Shown here one piece after another: positions 19,607-29,912 of a stretch of DNA of 64,000 nucleotides. Numbering within the stretch: position 1 is the first letter of the stretch; each line of letters starts with the position of its first letter. The notes under the pieces were generated by a model. That model was not told the origin of the DNA and searched no databases. It was given only the letters and a program-made list of their open reading frames with translations. The stretch comes from an uncultured Duncaniella sp. (GTDB lineage Bacteria; Bacteroidota; Bacteroidia; Bacteroidales; Muribaculaceae), in contig CAJULW010000028.1 of the NCBI GenBank assembly GCA_910587515.1, forward strand, positions 3,544 through 67,543. Direction: 5' to 3'. Both the position numbers and the translations under genes were made by a program.

Positions 19607-20230
19607 ATGAAAAAATTTCTTTCATTTGCGGTTTGGACCGCATTAACCTTGATTTTTACGGTTATGATTTCTTGTTCTGACTCCGGGTGTGTTTCTTCAT
19701 CTGGCGAAGTCGCTTCGGAAGAGGCTCTTGTGAATATAATGACGCGCACAAGTGTTCGTGATTATACTGATACTCACGTGTCGTCGGCTACTCTTGACAC
19801 GCTTATCAGGGCTGGCATGTCGGCTCCTACGGCAGGTAATAAACAGCCATGGAAGTTTATAGTCGTGACAGAGCGAGGTCGGCTTGATAGCCTTGCCCAT
19901 GGCAATTGGCGTATGGCTGCAAAGGCTCAGGCCGCTATAGTCGTTTGCGGTGACACGACTAATGTGTTTCCTGAAGAGGGTAGGGACTATTGGGTGCAGG
20001 ATTGTTCGGCAGCGACTGAAAATATTTTACTTGCGGCTCATGCTGTCGGTTTGGGGGCGGTTTGGTGTGGCTGCTATCCTATAAGTGATCGAGTGGCCAT
20101 GGTCAGAGATATTTTTGATATTCCAGAAACAGTGGTTCCGATGAGCATAGTCATGCTTGGGTATCCAACATCGGAGAGCACTCCGAAAGATAAATATAAG
20201 CCTGAAAACATACATTATAATAAATGGTGA
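19607..20230 (+). CDS. Nitroreductase family lipoprotein
   Basis: RTSVRDY, APTAGNKQPW, DCSAATENILLAA and GLGAVW; lipobox MISC. Confidence 0.9.
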   Translation: MKKFLSFAVWTALTLIFTVMISCSDSGCVSSSGEVASEEALVNIMTRTSVRDYTDTHVSSATLDTLIRAGMSAPTAGNKQPWKFIVVTERGRLDSLAHGNWRMAAKAQAAIVVCGDTTNVFPEEGRDYWVQDCSAATENILLAAHAVGLGAVWCGCYPISDRVAMVRDIFDIPETVVPMSIVMLGYPTSESTPKDKYKPENIHYNKW

Positions 20231-20370
20231 AGTCAGCGTATCGCAAAGTTAGGCGAGCCAAATACGGTATAAATTTCAAAAAAATGTATTTTTGAATTTG
20301 GAAAATAATCAAATAATGCGTACCTTTGCGGTGCTTTAGAGGTCAATTGAGGCTTTTGGGCGATAAGGAT

Positions 20371-20441
20371 TGTCTTATGGTGTAATGGTAGCACTGCAGT
20401 TTTTGGTTCTGCCTGTCTTGGTTCGAATCCAGGTAAGACAA
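20371..20441 (+). tRNA. tRNA-Gln(TTG)
   Basis: TGTCTTA/TAAGACA acceptor stem, TTG anticodon, GGTTCGAATCC T-arm; TTTG...TACCTTTG promoter upstream. Confidence 0.93.
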
Positions 20442-20444
20442 CAT

Positions 20445-20487
20445 AAGTCAAGGAGTTAAGCGTTAAATGCTTAACTCCTTGACTTTT
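20445..20487 (+). terminator. tRNA-Gln terminator
   Basis: Perfect 17-bp stem aagtcaaggagttaagc / gcttaactccttgactt. Confidence 0.75.
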
Positions 20488-20724
20488 CTATATGGTACAT
20501 GGGTTCTATCGGGTATCGGTTGGCAATGTTATTGGTCCCGCGCATAGAGATGCCTATAAACACAAGATATATGTGATATATGCTGTCAGCAACAGTGCGG
20601 CAGACAAATGATTAAATATTTAGTACTATCTATCCCGTTTCAATAATTCGCAGTGGCTTGATTTTTTTATGGTTGACTCGGTCAAATTTGTTGGCTGTTT
20701 TTGACGCCTTACAAATTTATTGTT

Positions 20725-21185
20725 TCACTGTTCCCGGAATTTTCTCAGTTTTTCGTTCAGCAAGTCGCATACTTGGTTTATATGAGGAAACAGTGTTGCT
20801 ATGATTCCGGTATTTTTACCGCTGCCTATCAAATAGTCGGCTCTTATTTGTTTTGCTACTATTTTGATAGTAATGAATAGTTTGACTCAATATAAGAGAC
20901 AATTTCATATTTCATTCTTGCGGGTATCAGATATTCAAGTCAGTCATCATAAATGATTGCAATAGGTTCTCGCAACAATATCAACAGGAGCCAAACAAAT
21001 CCGGCCAGAATGGCAAGTGAAAAAAATGTAATGCCGATGTAACACATATATCTGTCGACTTCACCGAATTTTGCTCTTGGATGGTCTGTCATAATAAAAC
21101 TGATAAAGATAAATGGTGTGCAAATTAGGATAAGACCGATTACTCGCCAAATACTTGGATATATGTCAATTCTATTTTCTTTCAT
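20725..21185 (-). pseudogene. Disrupted two-TM membrane protein (possibly STM3941-like)
   Basis: 81-aa ORF stops at an in-frame TGA (..IIYDD*LEYLIPARMKYE); protein-like sequence resumes in another frame (..QVCDLLNEKLRKFREQ*). Confidence 0.55.
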
Positions 21186-21596
21186 CAGATGCTCTGTTGT
21201 TTGATAGTTTAGAATTTATTCAGGTGCAGTGTGATAACTGTTTATATCGAAACTTCAAAATTAGTTGTTTATTGTCTATTATAAGATACAAGTGTCAATT
21301 TTCTCAGTTAAAGAATATGGTTTCCGCTAATTTATGAGAGATGAAAGTCGAATGGGACTTATTTTTGTCTCTGAAATATCAGAAGATAAATCCATATAGG
21401 TTGCAAAATTTTAGAAGGTGTCGATAAGAAGCTGTTAGGTGGGTTTGGATAACAATTATTAATCCTAAATATAATAAATATGTACTGTCGGGAGTGGCTA
21501 ATTTACTAAATATACATCTTGATGACGAGGGAATATCTATATTTTTGTAGGTGAAAATATATTCGGACACAGTCCTGTAAAATAGTAATCTGAAAC

Positions 21597-23540
21597 ATGA
21601 AAAAATTTGTTTTAAGTCTTGGCGTTATCCTTTCGGTCAATGCGTGGGGAGCGCCGCTTACAATCGGCAGTCCCGACGGAAAGTTGAAAGTTATGACTGA
21701 TGTGGTTTCCGGTAAGCCTGTTTATTCGGTGACTTACAATGGAAATACTATTCTTGAGAACTCTCCTTTAGGCCTAAGGACCGATATTGGGGATTTTTCG
21801 ACCGGTATGTCGCTTGTCGGTTCCAAGACCGCTACGGTCCGCAAGTCGTTCGATCAGGATAAAATCAAAAAGAGTCATATCGACTATGAGGCCAATCAGC
21901 TCGTATCGACGATGAAAAACACAGGTGGTCAAGAGATTTCAGTCGAATGGCTTGTCTCGGACAATGATGTGGCTTTCCGATATCTCATCCCGCGTCAAGG
22001 TGATACAGGAGCGATGGTGGTTGAAAGCGAAGCCACGGGTTTTCGTTTCCCTCAGAATACCACGGTTTTTCTCACTTCTCAGAGTGATGCGATGATCGGA
22101 TGGAAGCGCACGAAGCCGAGTTATGAAGAGTTTTATATTACGGACGCCCCCTTGGACACACCGTCGAAGTTCGGACACGGATTTACCTTCCCGGGTCTTT
22201 TCCGTATCGGTGACAAGGGTTGGGCATTGCTTACGGAGACTGGTGTCGATGGATATTACTGCGCTTCGCATCTCAGTGATAATGTCGACGGGGTATTCAC
22301 GATCGCCTATCCGATGGTTGAGGAGAATAACGGAAATGGGTCTGCCTCACCGGGCATCTCATTGCCGCGTGCGACCCCGTGGCGTACGATAACTGTGGCT
22401 GACAATCTCGCTCCAATCGTAGAGACGACCATTCCCTGGAATGTGGTAGAGCCTCTTTATAAGACTGAACGTCCAGGACGTCCAGGGCGTGGCACATGGA
22501 GCTGGATAGTATGGCAGGATAACAGTATGAATATGGCCGACCAAAAGACATTCATCGATCTTGCGGCTGATATGGGTTATGAAAATATACTGATTGATGC
22601 CGGTTGGGATCAGAATATCGGTTATGACAAAATGCCGGAACTGCTTGGTTATGCGAAATCAAAAGGCATAAGGCCTATCCTTTGGTATTCGTCAAGCGGC
22701 CATTGGAACGATATCGTACAGAGCCCGATCAACAAGATGGACCGTCCTATCGTGAGAAAGAACGAAATGAAATGGCTTCGTGACAACGGTGTGGAATGTA
22801 TCAAAGTCGACTTTTTCGGTGGTGACAAGCAGGAGACAATGCGTCTTTACGAGGATATACTCAGTGATGCGGCAGATCATGGTATAGACGTGATATTCCA
22901 TGGATGTACGCTTCCGAGAGGATGGGAGCGCATGTATCCTAACCATGTAGGAAGCGAGGCCGTATTCGCATCGGAAAATCTTATATTCGAGCAGATATTC
23001 TGTGATATGGAGGCATTCCACGCCACACTTCATCCTTTTATCCGCAACTCTGTGGCATTGATGGAATACGGAGGCACTATCTTTAACCGTCGGATGAACC
23101 GTGATAATAACAGTGGCAACACGCGTCGCACAAGCGATGCGTTCCAGCTCGCTACTTCCATACTGTTCCAAAATCCTGTGCAGAATTTCGGACTTACCCC
23201 AAATAACCTTACGGAGACAGCGGCCGATGCGATATCGTTTATGAAAGACGTGCCTACGACATGGGACGACACTAAGCTTATAGACGGCTATCCCGGACGT
23301 TATGTCGTGCTTGCGCGTCGCCATGGCGACAAATGGTATATAGCCGGAGTCAATGCCCTTAAAGAGTCTGTCAAACTGAAACTCGATCTTTCGAATCTTG
23401 GCCTTAAATCTGATGCCGGAGTTGTCTACGCTGATGAAAAAGGGAAGGGTGTAAAAGCTAAAGATTTGAAAATTAAGAAAATGACATCGGTGCCTGTCGA
23501 GATTCTTCCTGATGGAGGTTTCGTGTTGGTTACGGAATAA
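21597..23540 (+). CDS. Glycoside hydrolase family 97
   Basis: SPDGKL, NDVAFRY, TPWR, FIDLAA.MG, IDAGW, IKVDFF, FHG and VPTTWDDT; Asp in KVDF suggests the retaining subgroup. Confidence 0.92.
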   Translation: MKKFVLSLGVILSVNAWGAPLTIGSPDGKLKVMTDVVSGKPVYSVTYNGNTILENSPLGLRTDIGDFSTGMSLVGSKTATVRKSFDQDKIKKSHIDYEANQLVSTMKNTGGQEISVEWLVSDNDVAFRYLIPRQGDTGAMVVESEATGFRFPQNTTVFLTSQSDAMIGWKRTKPSYEEFYITDAPLDTPSKFGHGFTFPGLFRIGDKGWALLTETGVDGYYCASHLSDNVDGVFTIAYPMVEENNGNGSASPGISLPRATPWRTITVADNLAPIVETTIPWNVVEPLYKTERPGRPGRGTWSWIVWQDNSMNMADQKTFIDLAADMGYENILIDAGWDQNIGYDKMPELLGYAKSKGIRPILWYSSSGHWNDIVQSPINKMDRPIVRKNEMKWLRDNGVECIKVDFFGGDKQETMRLYEDILSDAADHGIDVIFHGCTLPRGWERMYPNHVGSEAVFASENLIFEQIFCDMEAFHATLHPFIRNSVALMEYGGTIFNRRMNRDNNSGNTRRTSDAFQLATSILFQNPVQNFGLTPNNLTETAADAISFMKDVPTTWDDTKLIDGYPGRYVVLARRHGDKWYIAGVNALKESVKLKLDLSNLGLKSDAGVVYADEKGKGVKAKDLKIKKMTSVPVEILPDGGFVLVTE

Positions 23541-23586
23541 AGGACAATAAATTTAAATCTGTAATTTCTAATATATACGTATTAAA

Positions 23587-24522
23587 ATGAAGAAATATTT
23601 ATCTTGTATCGCAATCTGTTCGGTGGCATTTACAGCTTCGGCTTTCGATGTCGATTTTATTGATGCGCCTGTGAATCTGAATTCAGCTACAACTATAAAT
23701 ATCACGAGAGAAGCTATAGCTGCATTCCCGGCCGATAAAGTATTGAAAATTGACTATACTCTAACTCCCGGTACGGATTTCCATTGTTTTAAACTTGTAA
23801 CCGCCTGGGGTGGAACGCTGTTGCCTGATTTTGTGCCTACATCGGCCGGTGATGTGCTTGAAGTTACAACAGACGGGAGTTACGATTATAAACTTACCGC
23901 AGATGTGATCGAGAAATTAAAGGACCAGGCTGTACATGGCTGGGACTCGAATGTGACCATAACCGGAGACGGTCTTACAATAACAAGGGTTTACATCGGT
24001 TCGCTTGATGAGATCAATATGGATGATGGTTATGGTTATTGGCCAGGACTTGTGATTCCCGGTGCGGTGATTACCAATGCTCAGCCAGGTTGGCGTCTCG
24101 TCATGGAATATTCGATGAATGAAAATGCGCAAAATGCGGGATTCAGTATTGCGACGAATTACGGTAATACGGATCTTCCGAGTTTTAAAGGTACGACCGA
24201 AATAAATGATAAACTCAGAATGCCTGTATCAGGAGATGGTTCATATGAGCTTAAATTGACTCAAGATGACATCGACAAGATGAAAGATTCTGAATTCACC
24301 GGATGGGATGGATTACGAATTGTCGGGAGCGGCTTTACGATCAAGAAAATTTATATGGCTCGTTCTGAAAATTCAGGTATAACAGAGATAGTGACCGATA
24401 ATGATAACGAGGATTACCCTGTGGTGCATTACGACCTTCAAGGCAAACGTGTCGATAATCCGACTAACGGTTTCTATATCCGCGTTAAGGGCGATAAAGT
24501 CAATAAAGTACTTATAAAATAA
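23587..24522 (+). CDS. T9SS-type secreted protein with two tandem uncharacterised modules
   Basis: Signal peptide, internal duplication, C-terminal SGITEI...YDLQGKRV...GFYI...KVLIK. Confidence 0.75.
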   Translation: MKKYLSCIAICSVAFTASAFDVDFIDAPVNLNSATTINITREAIAAFPADKVLKIDYTLTPGTDFHCFKLVTAWGGTLLPDFVPTSAGDVLEVTTDGSYDYKLTADVIEKLKDQAVHGWDSNVTITGDGLTITRVYIGSLDEINMDDGYGYWPGLVIPGAVITNAQPGWRLVMEYSMNENAQNAGFSIATNYGNTDLPSFKGTTEINDKLRMPVSGDGSYELKLTQDDIDKMKDSEFTGWDGLRIVGSGFTIKKIYMARSENSGITEIVTDNDNEDYPVVHYDLQGKRVDNPTNGFYIRVKGDKVNKVLIK

Positions 24523-24528
24523 TTGAAA

Positions 24529-25374
24529 ATGAAAAAGCTGATACTGTCCTGTATGCTTGCCGCTGGCATGTCTTTGCAGGCGCAGGATAAAGTACAGATG
24601 CTTCTATGGGAAAAGGATGCTCCCGCTGAACCAGCATCTGTCGGTGCTATGATAGACGAGAATGATTTTACACGCAATCCCGGGATAACTGTTTATGTAC
24701 CTAAGAAACCAAATGGCAAGGCGATCATAATGTGTCCGGGTGGAGGTTACGGTTGGGAGGCTACAGGTCATGAAGGCCATGGTATGGCCGAATGGTTCAA
24801 CGGACAGGGAATCACATACGTGGTGCTGAAATATCGTCTTCCGCAGGGGAATCATGAGATTCCCCTGGCGGATGCCGAACAGGCTGTCCGTCTTGTGCGC
24901 AGCCATGCCAAGGATTGGGGTGTCGATCCGTCGAAGGTCGGTATTATTATGGGCGCGTCTGCCGGAGGGCATCTTGCGTCAACTCTCGCGACTCATTATT
25001 CATCGCCTGAGACACGTCCTGATTTTCAGGTACTGTTCTATCCTGTAATTACGATGGATCCGACATATACCCATGGTGGTTCCCGTGAGAATTTATTGGG
25101 TAAAAATCCGTCAAAAGAACTGGAAACCAAATATTCTAACGAGATGCATGTGACTGCCGATACGCCAAAGGCATTTATAATGCTGTCGTCTGACGATGGA
25201 GCCGTGCCGGTGGCTAACGGAGTGAACTATTATATGGCCTTACTATCCAATAATGTCCGCGCGTCTATTCATGCCTATCCCGAAGGAGGCCACGGATGGG
25301 GCTATGGCGATGGTTTCATCTATAAGCACCAGTGGAAAGAAGAACTTGAAAAATGGCTCCGTGAGGAGGTCTGA
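24529..25374 (+). CDS. Alpha/beta hydrolase carbohydrate esterase (BD-FAE/acetylesterase-like)
   Basis: PGGGY oxyanion loop, GASAG nucleophile, DD.AV and GGHGWG; signal peptide. Confidence 0.88.
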   Translation: MKKLILSCMLAAGMSLQAQDKVQMLLWEKDAPAEPASVGAMIDENDFTRNPGITVYVPKKPNGKAIIMCPGGGYGWEATGHEGHGMAEWFNGQGITYVVLKYRLPQGNHEIPLADAEQAVRLVRSHAKDWGVDPSKVGIIMGASAGGHLASTLATHYSSPETRPDFQVLFYPVITMDPTYTHGGSRENLLGKNPSKELETKYSNEMHVTADTPKAFIMLSSDDGAVPVANGVNYYMALLSNNVRASIHAYPEGGHGWGYGDGFIYKHQWKEELEKWLREEV

Positions 25375-25389
25375 GCAGGATATTTATCT

Positions 25390-25432
25390 AAAACGAGAGA
25401 TCGCACCATATATAAGCGCGACCTCTCGTTTT
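25390..25432. terminator. Bidirectional terminator
   Basis: aaaacgagag / ctctcgtttt between convergent esterase and HTCS genes. Confidence 0.6.
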
Positions 25433-25464
25433 CATTTGTATTTATTTAGTTAAAGCTGTCGTTT

Positions 25465-28400
25465 TCAGATAGATTCGTTGTATTTCCTGCCATGCTTCGA
25501 TTGATATTCGGATGGGAGTAGCCCGAATTCATTTTTGAAGTATTTGCGGAAGAGATTGAGATTGTTGAATCCGGTCTGATATGTGATCTCTGCAATGCTC
25601 AACTGGCTCTCGGCCAATAGTTGGGCGGCACGTTTGAGACGGATGATGCGGATGAATTCGATCGGTGTCTTTCCGGTTATAGATACCATTTTTTTATACA
25701 GGTGCACGCGGCTCATGCCGAGTTCGCTACTTAGTTCTTCAACGGAAAGGTCGCTTCTGCTCAGGTTATCCTCGACGTAGCGGATTGCTTTTTGCATAAG
25801 TTTTTCGTCAAGTGGAGTGACATTGATTTTGCTGGGAGATATCTCCATGGGTTGTTTGTGTTGGTCGCGCCGGTGTTGAAGCAGATTTTTTATACGGTGG
25901 GTGAGGATACTTAGGTTGAATGGTTTTGTGATATAGTCGTCCGCCCCGCTTTCAAGCCCTTTAAGTTCATGTTCCTTGGCTGCTCTCGCTGTAAGGAGTA
26001 TCACGAGTATATGTGATGTCCGTATGTCGGTTTTTATCATTCGACACAGTTCATTGCCGTCCATTTCAGGCATCATTACGTCGGATACGATTATGTCTGG
26101 TTGGCATTCCGGTATCATTTCCCATGCTTTCGCTCCGTCCGGTGCTTCCAGTATTGTGTAGTCTGATTTCAGACAGTCTTTCATGAATGAGCGGAAATCA
26201 TCGTTATCGTCCACGATCAGGACAGTGGGGCGTTTTGCGTTGTTGTCACATTCGGAAGTTTGTTCGACTGTGACGCATGGATGTTGATACTTCTCTTGGT
26301 GATCATCGGTCACGAGGTCTTTATCGGTTATGTTTTCGTCGCAGTGTTGTACCGGTATCTTCACAATGAAGACGGCCCCTTTACCGACATTGTCGCAGAC
26401 TTCAATCGAGCCTTTGTGGAGTGTCACAAATTCTTTGACGAGGTTAAGTCCTACTCCGCTTCCGGTCGATGGTTTGCCATCTTTTCTCGGGACTTGATAA
26501 AAACGGTCGAATATGAGTTGCTTGTGTTCGTCGCTGATTCCATATCCGTTGTCTGCCACGCGTATTTCTAAAATATCCGTTCCCTCTCGAGAAGTCGACA
26601 GTTCAAGCGAAACGTCGACTCTGCCTCCTTCCGGAGTGAACTTAAATGCGTTTGACAGAAGATTCATCATGATTTTGTTGATTTTGTCTTCGTCAAACAT
26701 CATACAGAGGCTTTTGGTCGAAGAGAAAAAGGTGAGATTTATGTTGCGGTGCTCCGAATACTCGATAAAGTTGTTGCAGATGGTATGTATAGTGTCTACA
26801 ATATCGCCTCGTATAGAGTTCAAATTGTGACCTTTCATATCGCTTTTGCGGAAATCAAGAAGTTGATTGACCATTCCGAGCAGACGCATAGCGTTTTTTC
26901 GGGCCATTTCGAGTTTGTCTTTCAGATCCGGATTGTCGATATGATTTATTACATATTCAAGTGGTGTGAGAATCAGTGTCAGCGGGGTTCTGATATCATG
27001 ACTGATGTTTGTGAAAAACCGAAGTTTCATGTCATCGATCTCATGTTTCTGTTTGGCATCTTGCTGTATCTGCATAAGTTTGTATTTCTGCTTCTCGTTA
27101 TGTCGCATATATGTTTTCACAAAGAATATCGCGCATACGAAAAGAATACAGTATACGATATAGGCCGGCCATGACCGGTAGAATGGCGGGGCTATGATTA
27201 TTTTAAGTTCCGCGGTTTGGTCACTTGCATAGCCGTCGATATTGACGGCTTTTATCTTTAGGGTGTATTTCCCGGGAGCGAGATTGGTATAGGTCAGTTT
27301 GTTTGAATTAGAGATTGTCCAGTCGGCATCGAACCCTTCAAGCATGTACATGTATTTCGTCTTTTCCGGCAGCACATATTTCATTGATGAGAAAGTTACC
27401 GAAAATACGTTTTGGTCATGATTTAGCTGTATCCTGTCAGCGTAGGCCGGTGATTTGTCGAGAATTCTGCAACCGTCATATACACTGTCTATTTTCACGT
27501 CACGATTGAACAGTTGTATACCTGTAAAACGTATCTGCGGGTTTGCCATATCGTATTTCAGATTTTGCGGGTCGATAAGGTTTATGCCGCTTATGTTTCC
27601 GACTACGATTGTGCCTGACGAGTGTTTCAACATGGCGCGCGGATTGAATCCGAAGTTGTCAAGCAGACATAGGTCGTTGTAGTTTTTATTTGAAAAAGTG
27701 TAATTCCGGGCATTTGGATCTCCGTTGACAACGATGTGGAAAATGCCTTTTGTTGTGGTGACCCACATGTTTTTGTCATTGTCTTCGATTATGCCGTGAA
27801 TAATGGTTTGGCTAAGTTCTGTTACGGGCATTATTATTTCGTCATTGCGACGGTCGTATATGTTTAGTCCTTCTCGCGTGCAGATCCATAGAAGCCCGCG
27901 GCTGTCTTCGTATACCTGTGCGATCTGTGAGCTTGAGAAAAGCGTGCTTCTTTTGCGGTTGCCCAATAGTTTTTCGAACTTTCCGCTCATCGGGTTGAAA
28001 ATTAAAAGCCCGTATGTCGTACCCATATAAATATTCTTGTCTCGGGAGATACAGATCGAGGCTATTTGGTCGTGATTGAAAAGACCTTCATTGTCACGGT
28101 AGGCTGTTGCTCGTCCTGATTCAGGATCGAATCCATAAAGGCCGGCTCCCCATGTCCCGACCCAGAGATATCCGTTTTTTTCCTGTGCGATAGACCACAC
28201 GGACCGATTGGCTATGGACAGTCTGTCGTTGTTGTCCAATTGATGATGGCGGAATGTTTTGCCGTCATAGCTCATCAGTCCGTTATTGTATGTCCCCATC
28301 CATATATTCCCGTCATTGCCTGTGATCATGTTCACAACCACATTGTTGATCGAGTGATTGCTGTTTACGGGAGGTAGCTTGAGCAGTTCTCTTTTCTTTG

Positions 28401-29559
28401 TTTTACGGTCAACTTTTATTAAACCGTTCGGGACTCCCATCCATAGGTTTGTTTCCAAATCTTCCGTAATGGAGCCTACGTCTGGATTGAAGTTTTCGAC
28501 GTTGTTGAAGGTCAGGAAGCGGTCTGTACGAAACTTGAAAAGACTCTCGTTATAATATGAGATCCCCTTTTTAAAAGTCCCCACCCATATTCCTCCTTCT
28601 GTGTCGGCATATAAACAGGTTATGCTGTTTTGGCTGAGGCTTTTTTCGTCTGCGACATTATTGCTTATATACTCTACGTTCAAACTTTTCTTGTCGATAA
28701 TATTTATTCCGCCGTTATCTATTGCAATCCATATTTTTCCGTTTTTGTCAGAGATGATATCGCGGACATTGTTGCCACTTAACTTATTGGTAGGGGGGGT
28801 GGTAGCTGTCAGATCAACCCATTTGTCGTCGTGCGTGTAATATATCCATGCATTACGTGTGCTGTATATCCAATAGTCACCGTCATTATCGCAGAACACC
28901 CCGTATTTATTGTCGGCTTTGGGGGTCATAGCTTTTAGAAAACCATTGCGGGAATCGACTTTGTTATTGTTTCTGTTGACGTGGTCGAAATAGCCGTTTG
29001 AATATAATCGGACTACTCCGTTGTTGTCTTCGTCGATACATGTTAAATGGTCGGGTGTATTTTTGTCTGTGATAGTGTGCAGTTTGCGTCCGGTGGAATC
29101 ATAGTGGTAGAAACCATTTTCCAATGTCTCTATCCACAGATCTTTTCGTGAGTCGATGTAGACCAATGACAGTTTGCCGTCTATTCCGTATCGGTCTGAA
29201 AGGATGGTTGAAGCATCAAAGAATATTTCTTTTCGGGGATCGTAGCAAAAATATCTTGATTCTCCGAAATTTACCCATAGAACACCGTCACCGTCCTCTT
29301 GTATGTTTTCGACTGAATAAAAGGGAAGGGATCTTGGGTCGTTGCTGTCTCTCGTGAAATTTTTGAATGTGTATCCGTCATAACGGCTGATTCCATGTGC
29401 GGTTGAAATCCAGATGAATCCTTGTGAGTCGCGGGTTATATGGTTGACCTGGCTGTCACTCAAGCCGTCTTTCATCGAGAGATGTATGAAACGGATGTTG
29501 TCAGTAGCGAAAACAGTCAATGATATAAAAAATATGAGCAAGGAAAATGTGCGCTTCAT
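25465..29559 (-). CDS. Hybrid two-component system regulator
   Basis: Beta-propeller repeats, Y_Y_Y domain, TM segment, FFTNISHDIRTPL H-box, GSGVGL, receiver SDVMMP and AraC HTH. Confidence 0.96.
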   Translation of the reverse strand: MKRTFSLLIFFISLTVFATDNIRFIHLSMKDGLSDSQVNHITRDSQGFIWISTAHGISRYDGYTFKNFTRDSNDPRSLPFYSVENIQEDGDGVLWVNFGESRYFCYDPRKEIFFDASTILSDRYGIDGKLSLVYIDSRKDLWIETLENGFYHYDSTGRKLHTITDKNTPDHLTCIDEDNNGVVRLYSNGYFDHVNRNNNKVDSRNGFLKAMTPKADNKYGVFCDNDGDYWIYSTRNAWIYYTHDDKWVDLTATTPPTNKLSGNNVRDIISDKNGKIWIAIDNGGINIIDKKSLNVEYISNNVADEKSLSQNSITCLYADTEGGIWVGTFKKGISYYNESLFKFRTDRFLTFNNVENFNPDVGSITEDLETNLWMGVPNGLIKVDRKTKKRELLKLPPVNSNHSINNVVVNMITGNDGNIWMGTYNNGLMSYDGKTFRHHQLDNNDRLSIANRSVWSIAQEKNGYLWVGTWGAGLYGFDPESGRATAYRDNEGLFNHDQIASICISRDKNIYMGTTYGLLIFNPMSGKFEKLLGNRKRSTLFSSSQIAQVYEDSRGLLWICTREGLNIYDRRNDEIIMPVTELSQTIIHGIIEDNDKNMWVTTTKGIFHIVVNGDPNARNYTFSNKNYNDLCLLDNFGFNPRAMLKHSSGTIVVGNISGINLIDPQNLKYDMANPQIRFTGIQLFNRDVKIDSVYDGCRILDKSPAYADRIQLNHDQNVFSVTFSSMKYVLPEKTKYMYMLEGFDADWTISNSNKLTYTNLAPGKYTLKIKAVNIDGYASDQTAELKIIIAPPFYRSWPAYIVYCILFVCAIFFVKTYMRHNEKQKYKLMQIQQDAKQKHEIDDMKLRFFTNISHDIRTPLTLILTPLEYVINHIDNPDLKDKLEMARKNAMRLLGMVNQLLDFRKSDMKGHNLNSIRGDIVDTIHTICNNFIEYSEHRNINLTFFSSTKSLCMMFDEDKINKIMMNLLSNAFKFTPEGGRVDVSLELSTSREGTDILEIRVADNGYGISDEHKQLIFDRFYQVPRKDGKPSTGSGVGLNLVKEFVTLHKGSIEVCDNVGKGAVFIVKIPVQHCDENITDKDLVTDDHQEKYQHPCVTVEQTSECDNNAKRPTVLIVDDNDDFRSFMKDCLKSDYTILEAPDGAKAWEMIPECQPDIIVSDVMMPEMDGNELCRMIKTDIRTSHILVILLTARAAKEHELKGLESGADDYITKPFNLSILTHRIKNLLQHRRDQHKQPMEISPSKINVTPLDEKLMQKAIRYVEDNLSRSDLSVEELSSELGMSRVHLYKKMVSITGKTPIEFIRIIRLKRAAQLLAESQLSIAEITYQTGFNNLNLFRKYFKNEFGLLPSEYQSKHGRKYNESI

Positions 29560-29695
29560 TATTATATTGGTTTATACTGACAAAAATAGGAAATATTCTT
29601 ATTTATGGATGATGATAATCGCATTTTTTTTAGATTTGGTGTGTGAAAAATGTTGGGCCGTAAATTATTGATATATAGTAAGATGTTTTAAGTGT

Positions 29696-29804
29696 TAACA
29701 AACCTATATCTTATTTATAACATTGTTGGAGGGCTTTTTAACCAAAGTCATGTCTATGTATAATAGCTTGTTTTTAGTGCTAATTATTCATAATAGTATC
29801 TTTG
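29696..29804 (+). promoter_or_regulatory. Promoter of GH43 operon with direct repeats
   Basis: TAAC repeats at 29696, 29718 and 29739; TATCTTTG at 29797-29804. Confidence 0.55.
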
Positions 29805-29912
29805 CATACGACTCCATGTGTGTCGGTGATAAATCGCATGATATATGGTATGTTGACAAACGGTATACGTTTTTGACTGATAATATAGAAACCAAATAAG
29901 CAAATATAGAAT

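Noticed and set aside
20396..20412. U-U mismatch at the base of the tRNA-Gln anticodon stem
   Set aside because: The rest of the cloverleaf, promoter and terminator are intact, and I recall the same feature in Bacteroidales tRNA-Gln
20233..20451. 72-aa minus-strand ORF
   Set aside because: Antisense translation of tRNA-Gln
20940..20942. In-frame TGA as selenocysteine or read-through
   Set aside because: A downstream frameshift is also needed and no SECIS-like hairpin is evident; decay is simpler
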